NCBI GenBank assembly: GCA_039208735.1
Contig: JBCCQY010000003.1
Span: forward strand, 1-64,000
Reading direction: 5' to 3'
Length of the DNA: 64,000 bases
Source of the DNA: Myxococcota bacterium
Lineage (GTDB): Bacteria; Myxococcota_A; UBA796; GCA-2862545
Shown here: one piece after another, positions 19,380 to 29,904 of the stretch
Numbering within the stretch: the stretch's first letter is position 1
Layout of the letters: each line of letters begins with the position of its first letter
The notes under the pieces: model-generated
The model's input: only the letters and a program-made list of their open reading frames with translations
What the model was told of the DNA's origin: nothing
Databases searched by the model: none
Translations under genes and position numbers: made by a program

Positions 19380-21192
19380 TCGAAGCTGACGTCGTCCGGC
19401 GGAGGTGTCATCACGATGGGCACCCCGTCCGCTTCCATGAGGCTTTGGGCGCCCGGCGCCAACCCGCGTACGGCCCGGCGGGTGGGCACGTAGACGACGG
19501 TGCGCCGTGTGATGTGGGTGATGGGCTGGGTGTAGTCGAGGCCCACGCGGTCGAAGTCGGGGCCTGGATTCACGTCCGCGTAGGTCTCGATCCGCCAGGC
19601 GTCTCGGGCTCGAACGGCAGCCAGCAGCTCCTGCGCCGGAAGCGCCGCGAGCGTATCGATGTACGTGGCCAAGGTTCGGGCTTGCTTGAGGGTGACCGTC
19701 GGTCCGGTGGACACCGTGACATCGCCCCGCATCTCCCGAATCTCTTGATAGATGATCCAGTCCTTTGGCTCACCGTCCCAGTACCCACCGCGTTCGCGTT
19801 CGAGGCCGTCCCACTGGTCGAGTTGAATGCCTTTGTCGGTGGGGAGCCACGGACCTGTGCCGTTCGCGATGTCGTCGAGGAAGGACGCGAGGTCCGAGGC
19901 AATCTGAATGGCATTTCCGTCGCGCAGCAGGAAGATGGGGTACGCGCGCCCCTTCTTGAATTTGTAGCCCTCGACCAGCCAGGCGTCGCCAAGTCGCGCA
20001 AACGGAACGCCGGGTTTATTAAGGATGGCAATGCCGGACCACGTTTCCTGGCTCAGGTAGCACCTACCGACTCGGCAGGGTTCCTGCACGATGAGGGGCC
20101 CGGCCGCCGTGTCGAGGGTGGTGCCGCCGAAGCGATCGAGGAATTCCTGAATCTCGGCAGACCCGGCCGGGGAACGAAGCATGGCCCAGCCGGGCAGGTC
20201 TCGAGGGAGCGAGGTTCCGTCACGGCCCACGCAAGGGCAGGCACGATGGCCTCGTCGTCCTCGTAGGCAAAGCCCACGATGCCCCCCATCACGCTGACGA
20301 TGCCGTCCTGCAGGTGAATCGGCACGCCGAGGATGCCGGAGGGAAGCCAATCAAGTTGGACCCACCCGCCGTCATTGCGCGTGGGGCCTTCGTCGCCCAG
20401 ATAGGGAAACAAGTCTGCGATCCAGCCTCGGAACTTGCTCGCGCCATAGACCTTCTGGTCTTTGTAGATCGAGCGCCAGTAGTCGACGTCGGGCTCGCCT
20501 TCGCGGGAGGCGACCCATTGGTCGGCATGCCCCCGCATGGCTTCGAGCCAGCCCTCAAGCCCCTCCGCGGTCTGACGCGTCACCCACGCCCGCAACGCGT
20601 GCCAGTCGTCGACGGTGCCTCGCAGCTCCACGGCGGGAATGCCGCAGATGCAGCGCAATACGTAGTCGTAGTATCGCTTGAAGGCGTAAAGGCGATTCAC
20701 CCGGCCCACCATTCGAGCCGTCGGCGTGGTCGTCGAAAAGAAGGTTGGCGCTTCGAGATGGTCGCCTTGGCTTGCCCGAATCTGCGCGTCGAGCGATTCG
20801 AGAATGGCCCGCCAGTCATCCGCCGTTTCGCACGAGGTCGCTGCAACGTCAAGGGTTTCACGGCCCGTCGGGGGACGTGTGCCGCCGCCCGCCTCTCGGA
20901 GGTGGCGCGCGAGGCCCTGGTGGAGGGTCAGCGCCAAGACATCGGGCGTAAGCACCAGCGGAGCATGCCTGGCATAGGCATGATGAACCGCGGTGAGCAG
21001 CCCGTGGTGGGCTCCGCCTGAGACGATCCTCGGTGCATCGGATTCTGTGTGCCAAGGGCGCAAGTTGAGGCGTAGCTGCCAAACCTGGTCGACCGAGACC
21101 CCTCGGTCCGTCGATGGCGCGGAAGGCTCTACATCGTCGACGGCAAACCGAATTCGGTCGTCGGCCTGATGAAGCAAGGAAAGGGTCGTCAT
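19376..21192 (-). pseudogene. DUF4419 protein with probable frameshift near 20200 (C-terminal half in another frame, weakly SMI1/KNR4-like)
   Basis: HGLL.AVH.AY..H.PLVLTPD, FSTTT, CGIP.V.LRGT..DW, GWI..LFP in ORF 20053-21192; overlapping ORF 19376-20350 continues the coding signal. Confidence 0.6.
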
Positions 21193-21272
21193 AAAGGACT
21201 CGCGTATTCCGTCTCGGCAACCCTAATGGGTGCCCCCGCTTGCGTCGTGGTCATCGAAGGGCAAAAAGGGGT

Positions 21273-24044
21273 GTGGCCGTTTCTCGTAGTCAATTCGCCC
21301 GTCTCAAACGTTTGCTCCTCGCTCGCGACGTCGACCTGGTGGTTCAGGGGGTCGACCTTGTGGTTGCGCTCGACGATGAGGAGCTGTGGGCCCGGTTGCT
21401 CGAGGGGATTCGGTATGACCCCGACCCTGAGCCCCGCCGCTGGGGCGCCGCAGATCGCACCGGGCCCACGTTCACGCCCAATCGGCTGTTTACGGGTACG
21501 GCTCCCGCGCAGCTCTACCACGACCTCGCCATGGTGCTCCTCATCGCCGAGGCCCCCGATCCGACCTTGCGGAATGCGGTCACCGCATTGCGGGTGCGGG
21601 GCCAGGTCAACCTGCTGTCGGATCGATGGACGCTCGATCCCTGGCCGCTCGACCGCTTGGCCGCCTACCCCAACCTGCAGCAACTGATCTTGAGCGTCCA
21701 TCCCGACGCTGAGTTGGGCGAGTTGGCGCGTTGCGCCCGACTCGAGGTGCTGGCGTTGAAGCTCCGACGTGAGCGGGCAAATCTCGAGGGAGTAGGCGCG
21801 ATTCCGTCGCTGCGCCATTTGGTGGTCACCGGGGCCCTACGGTCCACCGCGGGACTCGACGACCGCAATGTGGACCGCATCGTGTACCGGGGACCGGCCC
21901 TTCCCGACACGACGGGGCTGGGGGGACACATCGATGTGCTGCAGGTCCAGGCTGTGCACGCCGTGGACTTAGGCGGGCTTCGTGGGGCGGTGGTTGGCGA
22001 ACTGGAAGTCACCGGTCGGGTGGTGAGCGCGGGCCTCGCCGATGCCCAGGTCACCGACCTCAAAATCTCGGGGTTTCGGCAGGATGATTTGCCGACCGTG
22101 CCCGGACTCCGCCACCTTGCCATCGAGGCGGACCGCGGGTGGGCCCTCCAGCCCGAACTCGAGGACCTCACCCTGTACCGGTATGGGGGTAACGGGCTTC
22201 CGTTGGTGGAATGGGCCCCCAAACTGCGACGCGTGCGCATTGAGGCCTCTCAGCTGGTGCGCCTCGACGCTTTGCGAGGTTTGGACGAGCTGCGCGAGGT
22301 GAGCATCCTGCAGAGCCATGTGCGGAGCCTCGACTTGCTGGCGACGCTGGATGTGCGGACGTTGTGTCTGGTGGACAATGAGGTTCACCATCTCGATGCC
22401 CTGCCCGCCGCTCAACTCGTGGACGCGCTGGGCCAGCCGACCGGTGAGCTTCGGCTCGCCGGGGCCAAGTCCATTCAGGGGCTGGGGTCGCTCGTGGGCC
22501 TGCGAACCTTGAGCCTGCGGGGCTGCACCCACCTCCGGAGTCTCGAGGGACTTGAGGACACCGCCATCGAGGTGCTCGATCTACGAGGCTGCGTCAGCCT
22601 TGCCAACGTCGACGCACTCGCCAAGATGCCAGACCTTCGGGTGGTCGCGGTGCGCGGAACGTCCTTTCACCGCGACAACGTGCCGCCTACCGATGCGGTG
22701 GTGACCTTGGCGGCCCATCCCCGATGGGATCAGCCCAAGCGAAAGCCTGGCTCACGACGTCGTCGGGGTTCCATTCCGGTCCCCGAATCCCAGCGCGCCA
22801 TCTGGGAAGGCCTCAAACCGCTGTTCACGGTCGCAAACCGGCCTGGACTCGACCGTCTCGGTGACTACCTCGCAGACCTCGGAACCCCCGAAATCTACGA
22901 GGTGCTGCTCTCACCGGTCCAAGGGGCGCTCCAGGCTGCGCAGGTCAAGGGGTGGCTGGCTCGCGCCGACCTGCGATGGCGGGTGGCGGTCCTCCAGCGG
23001 GTGCTCAGTGATGCGCCAAAGGACAGTGCTGACGTGGCGCGGCTGACGGCCGGTGTGACGAAAATTCTTCCGTCCAATCCGGACTACGTAGTTGATACCC
23101 GGGGAGTGGAGCGGTTCGCGGAGGTTCGGGAAGTCGCGCTGTACGGCAAGGTGGTGCATGTCGACAGCGTGGCGGAATTGCCTCATCTCAAGGACGTCTT
23201 TTTGCGGCTAAAAGGCCCGCTGTCGAGCACGCGATTGCCTGCGTTGCCCCAGGTGCGGAGGGTGACGATAAGTCGCGGATGCGGCACGGTCGACCTGGAT
23301 TTTGTACGTCGCATGCCTGGGCTGCAGCGCCTCATCGTCCAAGGGTACGGCGTGGCGGATATTGAAGGGTTGAGGGGTCATCCCACGCTCGAACACCTCG
23401 AGCTGCACTACCCCGAGAACACAGAGGGCCTCGACGTGTTGCTCACGCTGCCCTCCCTCCGACGGCTGCGGCTGGGCTGGTTGGGCGCGGACGATGCGAT
23501 GGACCTGCGAACGTTGCCTCGCCTTGATGAGCTGTGGCTGGATGCGACCACCAGCTCGGTGCTCGAGCGGTTTCCCGCCGAACCGGCGGCGCGGCTCGTG
23601 CTTCGGGTCAAGCAGTGGCACCGGCAGAATGTGCTTGGTGACTTCACGGTGCACGAACTCTCAACCGCGACCCAGGAGCCGCTCACGGCCTTACCAAAGG
23701 GTTTGACGGTGTTGGAGATCGGCATTGAGTCGTTGTTGGACCTGCCCAAGAGCGACGTGACGACGTTGCGTTTGCGACGCGCCAATCCTCTTCAAGGGCT
23801 CGACCGCATGCCGCGCCTGCAGCACCTTGAAGTCGAAGGGAACTTCGGGTCGGAATTCGACTGGCAGCCCACGCTTGCCGTGCCGCTGGTGTCGCTTCGC
23901 ATCCGAAGTCGGGAACGGGTCCCGCTCGACGGCCTCGCTGACCATCCGACGCTTGAGCGTATGGAGCTGCCCATATGGCGGAACGAGCCAGGTGCCGTGC
24001 CCCAGGCTCTCCAGGACCGGGTTCATGCGCTGCCCGACCCTTAG
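21273..24044 (+). CDS. Large leucine-rich repeat protein
   Basis: Repeated LxxLxxLxL units (e.g. LRTLSLRGCTHLRSLEGL); GTG start chosen. Confidence 0.8.
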   Translation: MAVSRSQFARLKRLLLARDVDLVVQGVDLVVALDDEELWARLLEGIRYDPDPEPRRWGAADRTGPTFTPNRLFTGTAPAQLYHDLAMVLLIAEAPDPTLRNAVTALRVRGQVNLLSDRWTLDPWPLDRLAAYPNLQQLILSVHPDAELGELARCARLEVLALKLRRERANLEGVGAIPSLRHLVVTGALRSTAGLDDRNVDRIVYRGPALPDTTGLGGHIDVLQVQAVHAVDLGGLRGAVVGELEVTGRVVSAGLADAQVTDLKISGFRQDDLPTVPGLRHLAIEADRGWALQPELEDLTLYRYGGNGLPLVEWAPKLRRVRIEASQLVRLDALRGLDELREVSILQSHVRSLDLLATLDVRTLCLVDNEVHHLDALPAAQLVDALGQPTGELRLAGAKSIQGLGSLVGLRTLSLRGCTHLRSLEGLEDTAIEVLDLRGCVSLANVDALAKMPDLRVVAVRGTSFHRDNVPPTDAVVTLAAHPRWDQPKRKPGSRRRRGSIPVPESQRAIWEGLKPLFTVANRPGLDRLGDYLADLGTPEIYEVLLSPVQGALQAAQVKGWLARADLRWRVAVLQRVLSDAPKDSADVARLTAGVTKILPSNPDYVVDTRGVERFAEVREVALYGKVVHVDSVAELPHLKDVFLRLKGPLSSTRLPALPQVRRVTISRGCGTVDLDFVRRMPGLQRLIVQGYGVADIEGLRGHPTLEHLELHYPENTEGLDVLLTLPSLRRLRLGWLGADDAMDLRTLPRLDELWLDATTSSVLERFPAEPAARLVLRVKQWHRQNVLGDFTVHELSTATQEPLTALPKGLTVLEIGIESLLDLPKSDVTTLRLRRANPLQGLDRMPRLQHLEVEGNFGSEFDWQPTLAVPLVSLRIRSRERVPLDGLADHPTLERMELPIWRNEPGAVPQALQDRVHALPDP

Positions 24045-24101
24045 ACGACCCCGCATCGCGAGTGCTCATGCGATACCTTCGATCCCACGAGGGAGGCGGT
24101 G

Positions 24102-24791
24102 ATGGCGTTGATGATGTGGCTTGTGGCGTGCAACTGGTTCACGTCCGAATCGGACGTGCCCGTTCCGGTCGTCACGGCCTCGGTCACCAATCGCCCCGAA
24201 CGCCCCGTTCCCGTCCAGAAACCCCTCACGGGAGCCCAGGTCGAGGCGCTAGACGAGTTGTTCGTGCGCACGACCGAACTCGTCCGTGACGGGGAGCCGG
24301 GAGCGTACCGCAGCGCCACCATCACGTTCGTACAGACCACCCTCGACGAGTTCCACCCCGGCCAAGGGGAGTCGGTGACCGTGGTGCCCGCAGCACCCGG
24401 GCTGGTCCCGCAGACGCTGCGCGTCGATGAGGTGTCGGAAGCCGAGGTGTTCGTGCAGCTCACCACGACCACGACGGCAGATCCAGCTTGGCTCACCGCG
24501 AGTGCGGCACAGGGCGCTCGCCCCGAAGTGATCGGTCGCGCCACGGTGCTCCATCCCGTCCGGCCTGATGCGACGACCGGTCAAATTCCCTCGGACCTGC
24601 CGGAGGGACTCAATGCGGGCACGGTGGTCGCCGGTGTCGATTTGTCAGGCGATGGGTTTGCCGACGTGCTGACCAGTGCGCATTGCTGCGATGACCCAGC
24701 CCTTCCGGCCACTGACCACTGCGATGGGGGCTCCTGTATGGTCACCCATGTTCGCAGTGCTGCGGGCTGGCGAGTCGCCGAAGAGGGCTGA
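24102..24791 (+). CDS. Hypothetical lipoprotein
   Basis: GGAGG RBS, WLVAC lipobox, DLSGDGFAD motif and Cys cluster near the C-terminus. Confidence 0.65.
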   Translation: MALMMWLVACNWFTSESDVPVPVVTASVTNRPERPVPVQKPLTGAQVEALDELFVRTTELVRDGEPGAYRSATITFVQTTLDEFHPGQGESVTVVPAAPGLVPQTLRVDEVSEAEVFVQLTTTTTADPAWLTASAAQGARPEVIGRATVLHPVRPDATTGQIPSDLPEGLNAGTVVAGVDLSGDGFADVLTSAHCCDDPALPATDHCDGGSCMVTHVRSAAGWRVAEEG

Positions 24792-25448
24792 TCACAACAG
24801 TTCGCTCCAAAATGCACCCACCGGCCCCTGCAGGTCCATCTCGATGCGGGTGCCTGCCCCGTCATCGGCCACGATGGTAGCGTCGACCTGCATCGTGCCC
24901 ACTGAGGTCTCGCAGTTCCCCATGGCATCGGGCGACAAGCACTGTCCTGTCGTGCTCGAGACCTCGAACGACGAGACGTTCACCATCGCTTCGGTCACCG
25001 GAATGCCGTCGATGACGAGGCGACCCGTGAATGCCCCGTTGGTGGTGAGGGTGAAGCCTCCTCCAGCGAGGGCTTCGTCGTTGGGCAGGCCAAACTGTCG
25101 ACCCTCCGTTCCCGGAGGCCCCGACGACTCGAGGGCGTAGGTCAGCTCGGCCGCTACCTCTACCAATTGGGTGGTGGAGCCATCGCCATCGGCGGCCACA
25201 AAGCCAAAGAAGAGCACGCTACGTGCTTCGTCTTCGAAGTACTGTGAGGACGCTACGGTCAGGTCGGCCTCGAAGGTTTCACCGATGGGCTGTTTGGTGT
25301 CGAGATCGAAGCCTTCGATGGTCACGATGGCGGATCCCAGACCCGTTTCTGGGCTCTTCAGTGGATTGGGGGGCGTGCCGGTTTCGGTTGTCGAGGCCCC
25401 TCCGCCGAACACGGTGCAACCGGTCGCGAACAGCAGGATTGTGGTCAT
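24792..25448 (-). CDS. Hypothetical lipoprotein
   Basis: GGAGGAAAGG upstream; MTTILLFATGC lipobox. Confidence 0.65.
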   Translation of the reverse strand: MTTILLFATGCTVFGGGASTTETGTPPNPLKSPETGLGSAIVTIEGFDLDTKQPIGETFEADLTVASSQYFEDEARSVLFFGFVAADGDGSTTQLVEVAAELTYALESSGPPGTEGRQFGLPNDEALAGGGFTLTTNGAFTGRLVIDGIPVTEAMVNVSSFEVSSTTGQCLSPDAMGNCETSVGTMQVDATIVADDGAGTRIEMDLQGPVGAFWSELL

Positions 25449-25530
25449 CCTTTCCTCCGTCTCGGTCGGGTAAAGGACCAGGCAAGGCCACGCTTTTTCG
25501 CAAGATGAAGGGAACGTTCGCGAAGGCTTG

Positions 25531-26289
25531 TCAGACGCGGCGCACGGTGATGGCATCGGCCGGGAGATTCAGGATGTAGCCATGGTCTCGGCGCACCTGA
25601 ACCAGCCAACGCATGACGTCGTCGAGGGGTGCATCGCCGTCGGCCTCGGGCTCCTGGGTCGCGCGCAGTTCCCGAACGCGATCCAGGTCGACGGACCCCG
25701 CCTGGCAAGCTCGAGCGAACGCGTGGCGGATCGCCGTGGCGTGCGGGGCCAGTTGGGCGCTGCCGAGTTCTTGCTGCAAATCCCACTTGTGTACGACTTC
25801 GCCGGCCTTCTCCGCGAGAATGCCGAGCATTTTGCTTGGGGTGGGGGGAAGGCGCAGGGGTTGGCCGCCGCAACGGACGAGGCATTGGCCCGCATCCCAG
25901 ACGACTTCGATCAGGGTGTCGGTGGTCGGAGCGTCGCGAATCACGTCCAGTACGGGCAGCGTCTCGCCAATGGGCAGAAGTGCGATGATCACGCCGCCCA
26001 GTTGAAGTTTGGCTCCCGGACGGTCGAGCGTGATCGGACGTCCGGGCGTCAAGGAGACCTCGTCGAGAAAGGTGCCGTTCGAGGCGGTCAGCGCCTCGAT
26101 TTGGATGGGGGGTCCAAGGTCGATGCGCACGTGGCGTCGCGACACCGAAGGGTCCATGAACACCACATCCGCATCGGATGAGCGGCCCAAGGTCACCGAG
26201 GGTCCGTGCACGGCGATGGGGGGGCCACGTTCGATGAGCGACCCTGGGGGGACCCGCTCGATGCGCAAGAGCAGTCCCGGCTCGCTCAC
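25531..26289 (-). CDS. FHA domain protein with C-terminal winged-helix-like region
   Basis: LGRS..AD......VSRRH and SNGTF FHA motifs; L.ILAE..GEVV...L and R..GY.L resemble an OmpR-type effector domain. Confidence 0.75.
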   Translation of the reverse strand: MSEPGLLLRIERVPPGSLIERGPPIAVHGPSVTLGRSSDADVVFMDPSVSRRHVRIDLGPPIQIEALTASNGTFLDEVSLTPGRPITLDRPGAKLQLGGVIIALLPIGETLPVLDVIRDAPTTDTLIEVVWDAGQCLVRCGGQPLRLPPTPSKMLGILAEKAGEVVHKWDLQQELGSAQLAPHATAIRHAFARACQAGSVDLDRVRELRATQEPEADGDAPLDDVMRWLVQVRRDHGYILNLPADAITVRRV

Positions 26290-26386
26290 GACGTCCTCCT
26301 CATCCCCCTCTCTTAGCCCACCCGCATCGCCGCTCGGTCGAGGATGACCTGTATGAAACCACCGTGATCATCGTGCCTCCTCGAGA

Positions 26387-27349
26387 TCAGCGACGTTCCC
26401 GGTTCTTCGTGAACGGGAATCGCTCGTCCAGTTCGTCCCACAGAGGGGTCGGGTCGAGCGTGTCGAGGTCTCGGACGTTCGAAGCGGCTGCGCCGGCCTC
26501 CCAGGCGCTTTGCAGGAAGGACAACAGGGCTTCCTTGGGGTCGGATGCCGATCGCACGTCGTCGTACTTGAGCAGCGCGAGGTGGGACGCGCCCAGATCC
26601 TGCCACCAGGCGGCCGAGGGTTGCAGCGGATGTTCCGCGAGTCCTGCGGGTTCCGGCGCGGTGTAGCTGTAAAAGCCAGGGAACCGGGTCTTGGGGTCGC
26701 CAGGCCAAAAGCCGAAACTCACGACTTCATGGGTGTACGCCTCAACGTCCGAACGACGGTCGCCTTGGCCGTGGTTCGGGGCAATACGGCCGGTGAATCG
26801 GGTGACCACAAAGTCGAAGCTGTGCCAAAACAGCTGGACCGGCGAGGTTCGCGCGTAGGACCGACCCGCGAACGTCTCGAAGGTATCGTGGCAAAAACGG
26901 AGGATATGCCACCATTTTTCAACCGCTGGCACATTGCAGGAGCGCGCCAGCTGGTCGTTGGGAAAGGGCACGTCGGAGTGAGGCATGTCGTAGGGCTTCG
27001 CGAGCAGCTTCACCGGATGGCCCGCTTGGGTCAGGACCTGGGTCACCTCCTCATAGATTTGGGCGATCGATCGGTCCTGAAGGGCGACGGTCTTATCGAA
27101 CCCCTCGCTCGTGCTGATTTCGAGCTGCAGACGTGACACGTCGAGCCGGACTTCGAGGTTCCGGTCCCCCACCGGGATGGTGCCGGTGGTGAGGCCGCGC
27201 GGGCTCAGTCGCAACGTCACGTGCCACCAGTGCGGATGCTTGGGGTGCAACGCAAGTTTGATCTTGCCCATGATCTGCGTGACCAGGTGCACGGCGGCCT
27301 TCGTGGACTCCCAGTCATCATACGGGAGTTCGGGAAGGAGAGAAGACAT
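26387..27349 (-). CDS. DUF5996 family protein
   Basis: W..T...HL.TQI.GK..L......HWWHV.L....RGLTT, SPV..FWHSFD, SFGFWPGD, FYSY..PEP. Confidence 0.85.
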   Translation of the reverse strand: MSSLLPELPYDDWESTKAAVHLVTQIMGKIKLALHPKHPHWWHVTLRLSPRGLTTGTIPVGDRNLEVRLDVSRLQLEISTSEGFDKTVALQDRSIAQIYEEVTQVLTQAGHPVKLLAKPYDMPHSDVPFPNDQLARSCNVPAVEKWWHILRFCHDTFETFAGRSYARTSPVQLFWHSFDFVVTRFTGRIAPNHGQGDRRSDVEAYTHEVVSFGFWPGDPKTRFPGFYSYTAPEPAGLAEHPLQPSAAWWQDLGASHLALLKYDDVRSASDPKEALLSFLQSAWEAGAAASNVRDLDTLDPTPLWDELDERFPFTKNRERR

Positions 27350-27460
27350 GCGAACCTCCATTTCGATGGTCGATATCCACGCGCAAGGGGGGTGAGGCGT
27401 GCCGAACGGGTCTGTCGTGATTTTCTCGGGGGTTGCCAACCCGGCTGGATAAGCGGAGGC

Positions 27461-28075
27461 ATGCGCGTCGTCTGCATCAGTGACACCCATGGGCATCACG
27501 ATTTTGAGGTTCCGCACGGAGATCTTCTCATTCATGCGGGCGATTGCTCCCGGCGCGGCCGGCCGCGCGAAATCCTCGCGTTCAACCATTGGCTAGGCAC
27601 CTTGCCTCACCCCCACAAGGTGGTGATTGCGGGTAACCACGACTTCGCCTTTGAACAGAATCCGACGGCGCGGGAGTGGATTACGCATGCGACCTACTTG
27701 CAGGATGAGCTGTTCGAGGTCGACGGCCTTCGCATCTGGGGCAGCCCTTGGCAGCCTCGGTTCTTCGATTGGGCCTTCAACCTTGACCGAGGGGCGCCCT
27801 TGGCCGAGAAGTGGGCGCAGATCCCGGCCGAGGTCGACATCCTGGTGACCCATGGGCCCCCCCACGGCATCCTCGACCGGGTGCACCGTGGGGAGAACGT
27901 GGGGTGCAGGGCCCTGCTGGACGCGGTGCTGGGCCGAAAGCCCACCTTGCACGTGTTTGGGCACATCCACGAAGCGTACGGCGTGCTGGAGGATCACGGC
28001 GTGTGTTTCGCGAACGCCTCCACGTGCACGGTGGACCACCGGCCGGTGAACCCTCCGCTGGTCTTCGAGGTTTAG
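27461..28075 (+). CDS. Calcineurin-like metallophosphoesterase
   Basis: SDTH, HAGD, AGNHD, THGPP, FGHIHE; GGAGG RBS. Confidence 0.92.
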   Translation: MRVVCISDTHGHHDFEVPHGDLLIHAGDCSRRGRPREILAFNHWLGTLPHPHKVVIAGNHDFAFEQNPTAREWITHATYLQDELFEVDGLRIWGSPWQPRFFDWAFNLDRGAPLAEKWAQIPAEVDILVTHGPPHGILDRVHRGENVGCRALLDAVLGRKPTLHVFGHIHEAYGVLEDHGVCFANASTCTVDHRPVNPPLVFEV

Positions 28076-29289
28076 CGAAGGGACTCGGCGCGTTGTGCGA
28101 GGCGACGGGCTTCGCTTCGATCGCCGAGTGCCCGCTGAATGTCGGCGGCCAAGTCGAGCAGGTCGGGGGTCTGAAAACCCGTTGCCAGCGCGGTCTGGGC
28201 TGCTTCGCGGGCCTCGGGCCATTGCTTTAGGACCGCATGCACCGAGGCCAGTTCGACGTGCGAAGCAGGGCCGGGTCGGGCCGCCACGTTCGCTTGGGCG
28301 AGGGTTTGCGCCCGGTCCAGGTCACCTATCGCCACGAAGAACTCGATGGCGTGCCCAGACGCGGCTTCGGGATGACGGGCCAGTACGTCGGTCCACGCCT
28401 TTTCAGCGTCGTCGAGCCGCGCCCGGCTTTTGGAGGAGTTCAGGCCTTGCAGCTCGGCGAGGGCGAGGGCCAGCTCTGGAGCGCCGGTCTCGGCGACCAC
28501 CTGTTCGTAGAGGGCCGTGGCCTGGTTCGGCTGACCATTGAGGGCGAGCACCTCCGCGATGTGCTCATGCACGAGCCACCATCCGGGGAACGCTGTGTCG
28601 GCCAACAGGTAGTGCGACAGGGCCTCGTCGTACCTCGACCGGTCGAGGTCCATCAGGCCGCGTTGCACCTCGATCCACGCCGCGGCCTGGCCCGCGTCGT
28701 CGATGAGCTGGCGCTTAGCGGCGACATAGTCGGCATCGGCTGCGTCGTAGGCGCCAAGATGCCAACGCTGATGGCCTCGGGCGGCGAGGGCGTCGTAGGT
28801 GGGCCGCAACGAAAGCGAGGCCTCGACTGCCTCTTCGGCGAGCTTAAGTTGGCCTTCCTGCCAAGCGATTTGGCTTTCGAGAAGCCACAGCCGCGCGTGG
28901 GTGACGTCATCGAGAAGGATGGTGCCCCATGCTTGCTCGAGCGCGTCGCGTGCTTCGGGCAGTCGGTGGAGGGAAAACAGCACGGCGGCTGCCGTTTCAT
29001 GCGGTCCTCCGCCCGTGGGAGCAAGCGAGAACGCGTCGCCGAGTTCGGCGAGCGCTGCGTCGTAGGGCTCGTAGCGGCCGGTCAGCCGCGCCATCGCGAG
29101 GTGGGCATCGGCAATGCGCGCATGCCGGGTCCAGTCGGACGAGCCGAGCGCCTCGGTCGCCGTAATGGCGTGTTCGAGCGTGCCCAGGGCCTGCAGATAG
29201 CCGTCACCGTTCTCGACCGCGAGGGTCACGTCAGCGCTCGGCGAGCAGCCCAATCCCATTGCGATCCACAACATGCGCACCTCCCGCAT
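28072..29289 (-). CDS. TPR-repeat protein, probable lipoprotein
   Basis: TPR-like helical repeats; coupled to upstream DUF4331 gene. Confidence 0.75.
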   Translation of the reverse strand: MREVRMLWIAMGLGCSPSADVTLAVENGDGYLQALGTLEHAITATEALGSSDWTRHARIADAHLAMARLTGRYEPYDAALAELGDAFSLAPTGGGPHETAAAVLFSLHRLPEARDALEQAWGTILLDDVTHARLWLLESQIAWQEGQLKLAEEAVEASLSLRPTYDALAARGHQRWHLGAYDAADADYVAAKRQLIDDAGQAAAWIEVQRGLMDLDRSRYDEALSHYLLADTAFPGWWLVHEHIAEVLALNGQPNQATALYEQVVAETGAPELALALAELQGLNSSKSRARLDDAEKAWTDVLARHPEAASGHAIEFFVAIGDLDRAQTLAQANVAARPGPASHVELASVHAVLKQWPEAREAAQTALATGFQTPDLLDLAADIQRALGDRSEARRLAQRAESLR

Positions 29290-29894
29290 CAGTGCGCGTT
29301 CGCGAGGTAGGGAAAGCCGCTGCCGAACGGCAGATCGTTGGCCGGCGGGTTTAGGGGCAAGGTGGCAAGCACGTCGACGGGGTGCGTACCTAGGTCGAGG
29401 AGGACCACGGCGAGGGTCACGTCCATCACCGGATCGGGCAAGCCTCGGCCGTTGGGGAAGGCCGCGGCGCCGGACGGATCGATCGTGAGATGGTCTGGCA
29501 CGACGAGAGGGGCGGCCTGGGTCACGCAGTCCATCGGTGCGCACGGCGTGAGGGAGGCTCCGGTGAGGTCGTCGTCGAGGGCGTCGTGCAGCGCGGTCAC
29601 GTTGGTCGTGATCTCGGCCACGAAGTCGCCGTTGGCGTCGTCCGTCGGATCTGCGGCGTTGTAGAGATCCTTCGACGTGATCACGGCCGTGTTGATGGCG
29701 GGCATGCCCATGCGGTCGACCCGGGCGTACGCGGTGGCGGGATCGGTCGCGAAGACGAAGGGATCTTCGGGAGTACCGGTCTCTTCTTGGGGCATCCCGG
29801 TCTCTTGGGGGTTGCCGGTTTCCATCGGGTCGGGGTCGTCCCCGGTGCAGGCGGCGAGAGCGAACAGCGAAAGGAAGAGGGTTGTCTTGGTCAT
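29289..29894 (-). CDS. DUF4331 family lipoprotein
   Basis: LAAC lipobox; VDRMGMPAINT, PD.L, FPNGR.L.D.V.D, FPYLA..H. Confidence 0.85.
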   Translation of the reverse strand: MTKTTLFLSLFALAACTGDDPDPMETGNPQETGMPQEETGTPEDPFVFATDPATAYARVDRMGMPAINTAVITSKDLYNAADPTDDANGDFVAEITTNVTALHDALDDDLTGASLTPCAPMDCVTQAAPLVVPDHLTIDPSGAAAFPNGRGLPDPVMDVTLAVVLLDLGTHPVDVLATLPLNPPANDLPFGSGFPYLANAH

Positions 29895-29904
29895 CGGGGC
29901 CTCC

